Assembly (NCBI RefSeq): GCF_018350175.1
Contig: NC_058368.1
Location: 173,726,001-173,790,000, forward strand
Length of the DNA stretch: 64,000 nt
Reading direction: 5' to 3'
Source of the DNA: Felis catus
Taxonomy: Eukaryota
Under the pieces are notes generated by a model that worked only from the letters and a program-made list of their open reading frames with translations, searched no databases and was not told the DNA's origin. Below, one piece after another: positions 60,827 through 64,000 of this stretch (position 1 is the first letter of the stretch; each line of letters starts with the position of its first letter). The position numbers and the translations under genes were made by a program.

Positions 60827-61955
60827 TACACAGCATTGTTTTTATGAGAGCTCAAGTTCCACCTTGTGCAGCGGTTAAAACATCTAATGCCATTCTCTTT
60901 TGTAGAACTATGTAGAGAGCAAATTCCTCTTCTAGAGGTCCCCAAGATATCCTGAGGTTCCTGCACCTGCCAGGAAATGACATTCTTTACACACCTGATA
61001 AGGCTGCTGGGGACTCTCTAAGCAAGGTATCAGGCCACCATTTCCAATGGGCTTTATTGGCTTCATGCTTTTATTTTAATGTTTAATTTTATTTTAGTTA
61101 TTTTAGTATTTAATAATATAGTGTTATTTTGAGAGTCATTTAAGGCCTTAACTGTGTAAAGGTTGTGTATAGCCATCATAGACTCTATTCAGGAAGCAAA
61201 TAAGTAATCAATAAGGAAATATAGAAACAAGGCAATTATAGGTTAATGGTTATAGCACATTTCAAACCCGGTGTCTGCCAGCACTGCCAGTGAAATTTTT
61301 AGATGTCAGGCTTGAAGCCTCTCAGAGGGGAGTACTTCTACTACTTCTACCCCTACTACTTCTACTACTACTACTTCTCAGAGGGGAGTAGGAACTGGCA
61401 GCAGGAATCAGATGGGTCTTTTTGGTTTGTAATTCAAATGTCTTTGGTGATCCTTTTGAATGACCCATTATAAGAAGGAATTATCAGTATAAATTGGGAA
61501 AAAGAGAATGAAGAAGAAAGGTGCAACCATCACAAGAGAAGCTTGAGGTCTTCCACAGGTTTCAGGAATAAGAAAGCACATTAGTTGGCTCGTCGGTTTC
61601 CTGTGAAGGAGGTACAGTTTTTATTCTGGGTATATGAGCCCATGAAGAATGCCCCTCTAACTTTATTGCAGTGGAAGTACACAATATGACCCCAGTAGGG
61701 GTCCTTCCATTTTGGAATTAAATCCCCTGCTGTATTAGACTTTCGCCCAGGACTCCTGGGTTTTTATGGGGTAGGTTTCTAGTAACTGTCAAATCAGGTT
61801 TAGGGAGGATATGGTTTGTATATTCACTTAGAGATTTATGAATTAACCCAGCCTCAAGTGAATAATTTAATAAAGCGCTATAGTCTTTATCTATTGATAG
61901 GTTTACAGTGAGAAAAGTCTTTTTATATACAATTGTTGGGGAAATCCATCCCACT

Positions 61956-61958
<3 letters not shown>

Positions 61959-62011
<53 letters not shown>

Positions 62012-62041
62012 TATACACATATATATTTAAATATATATATA
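61959..62041. repeat. (TA)n(CA)n microsatellite
   Basis: Direct reading. Confidence 0.93.
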
Positions 62042-64000
62042 TGGCCATGGGGTCCTGTTATTATTCCCACGAAATAACAAACAAGAAGATTGTACATACC
62101 TGTGCTATTGTGACAATTCTTCTGAAGTTTACCTCACGTTGTTCAACTTAGGCAAACAACAAACAGGTAAAGACAATCAGAACTAGAATTTAACATTCAT
62201 AAAGATGCATTATTGAAACATAATTTTTGTAATAATCCTCATTTCCAGAGATTGCCAAATCAAGACTAATTTGCTTGTAAAACAAGTCCAGTTTTAATAA
62301 ACTTGACCTAATTAATTACATAAGCTCAGCAAGAACAGCGACTGATCATATAAATCCTTTATAATTTGCTCTGCTAGAACTTTTTGTAAGGAATCTCTAG
62401 GTTGAACTTTTAGGCCTCTCCAAGCCAGAAGCCAGCCATATACTTGCCATCAGACGTGCCTGCAATACTTAAAGAGTTGGGCAAGTTCCTCTTCTAGAGG
62501 TCCCCAAGATATCCTGAGGTTCCTGCACCTGCCAGGAAGTGACATTCTTTACTCACCTGATAAGGCTGTTGGGAACTCTGTAAACAAGGCATCAGGCCAG
62601 CATTTCCAACGGGCTTTGTTGGCTTCATGCTTTATAAAGTCAACCTTAGTTCCTTAAAGCTGTTTGGTTATTTCTGAGTCTATGCATGATTCTCAAATAT
62701 GACCTTCCAGTCAAAGCCTAGTAAAATAACCAATGGTGTCCTGTTACAAAGAGAACAGATTCTTATATAATTCATGCAAATAACTGTAATTGCCATGAAA
62801 AAGAACACTTACTGGGAGTCTGAATTTCAGAGGGTTCAGGTAGAGAGAAAGGTTAAAAGCTTCAGTTTGTTTCCCAATGAATACCTTATCCTATTTTTGT
62901 ATATCATGGATGTCTTAAGAGAAAGTTTCCTTAATCGGGAAGAGCAAACAGAGAACCAGCAATTGTTTAAAACAAGAGTCATAAAAACTGTAATTTTCCT
63001 CAGTTTATTTTGTACCATGTTCCTAATTTTTGTTCAGTTTGAATGATGTCTTTTGGTTCTGGAAATTCTTACCCATTTTAGTATTAATGTTAAAGATTTC
63101 AGATACCTGTATTTGTTCTAAAAGTCCTTTTTATAAATCTTGAAGATAAAAGACGTTTTGTAAGAGCATCAGAACAATAACTATAAGTGACAAAAGACTA
63201 AAAAGTGGACATGGTTAACAGTCTGATGAGAGTTCATTTTGATGCAGTTGACAAGGAAATTTGGTTTTTTCTGTGACACATAACACTTTGATAATCAGAA
63301 TATCAAGTGTCAACCTTATCACCAAAACATATTAAAATTTTAGGAATTGCGTATATATTTGAAGAGTTATAGCATTTACCCAAGCAATAAAACCTAAACT
63401 TAACCATTATTTGTTTGACAGTGTTTGCATAGTAACTTAACATAACAAAAAGGCCTAACTGGTCAAAAAGACTTCATTTACAATTTAAATCTTGGAAGTT
63501 TGTTAAAACCTTAGAAAGTTATAAAGCACATCCTAAATAGGATTATAGATCATTACAAATCTTAAAAACTTTAAATTTTATTTATTTAACCAAGATGGCA
63601 ATAAGAGATTTCAAAAACAAACATGTAGGTTTATGTAGTTGTTAGCAAAACTTAGGTCCTTTAACATTGAGAAGTTTTAACTTTAAGTTGTCAAAGACCT
63701 GATAAAGACAAAACATAAGCTTTCATTTTCTCAGCAGACGAAAGAGAAAAAACCGTTTGCATATATATATTTACTATATGTATTATATATTATATATAAT
63801 ATAGAATTATAGATTTATTTATATATCATATAAATATATATTATATATAAAATTTAATATATATACTTATCAAGAGCAGAACAATCCAAGAAAACTTTGT
63901 CTTTTGAATAGAGAAAAGCAGAATTTTAACCTTATACCAGTGTAATTTAAAAAAACATTTTTTAATGTTTATTTATTTATTTATTTATTTTATATATATA

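Larger units (their letters stand above)
58192..63950 (-). mobile_element. Degenerate class I ERV (LTR ~58192-58940 plus internal sequence, likely continuing past the window)
   Basis: LTR-like block, purine tract ~58943-58950, gamma-type integrase C-terminus PKWKDPY/VILCTSTAIKLEGHSSWAHIPRIK...PVEDLKLL at ~61530-61715, internal 155-bp repeats; boundaries approximate. Confidence 0.65.

Overview
Mammalian genomic DNA, almost certainly a felid, judged from Felidae-type CanSINEs and carnivore L1. It holds four complete spliced protein-coding genes whose exons I assembled by hand into full-length ORFs: CLTB (+, 6 coding exons, 229 aa with the 54-nt neuronal exon), HIGD2A (-, 2 exons, 106 aa), NOP16 (+, 5 exons, 178 aa) and ARL10 (-, 4 exons, 244 aa). 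HIGD2A and NOP16 share a ~280-bp bidirectional promoter. The main accessory element is a 6.8-kb defective endogenous betaretrovirus (33972-40770, - strand) inserted inside a SINE between NOP16 and ARL10. It has two LTRs, a 6-bp TSD, gag/dUTPase-pro/pol/env remnants, a preserved GGGAAAC slippery site with pseudoknot, a half-deleted Lys3 PBS and deletions in pol and env. Also present: two TSD-flanked L1 3' fragments (one apparently very young), a tailless 5'-half tRNA-Met retrocopy, a poly(A)-only insertion, compound SINE insertions, solo LTRs, an SCP2 processed pseudogene inside an older class I ERV, and a G-rich minisatellite at a CLTB splice donor. I found no evidence of a wholly new biological system. 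The most novel-looking items are the provirus and the unusual retrotransposition products. All identifications are from recall of known families, not database searches.
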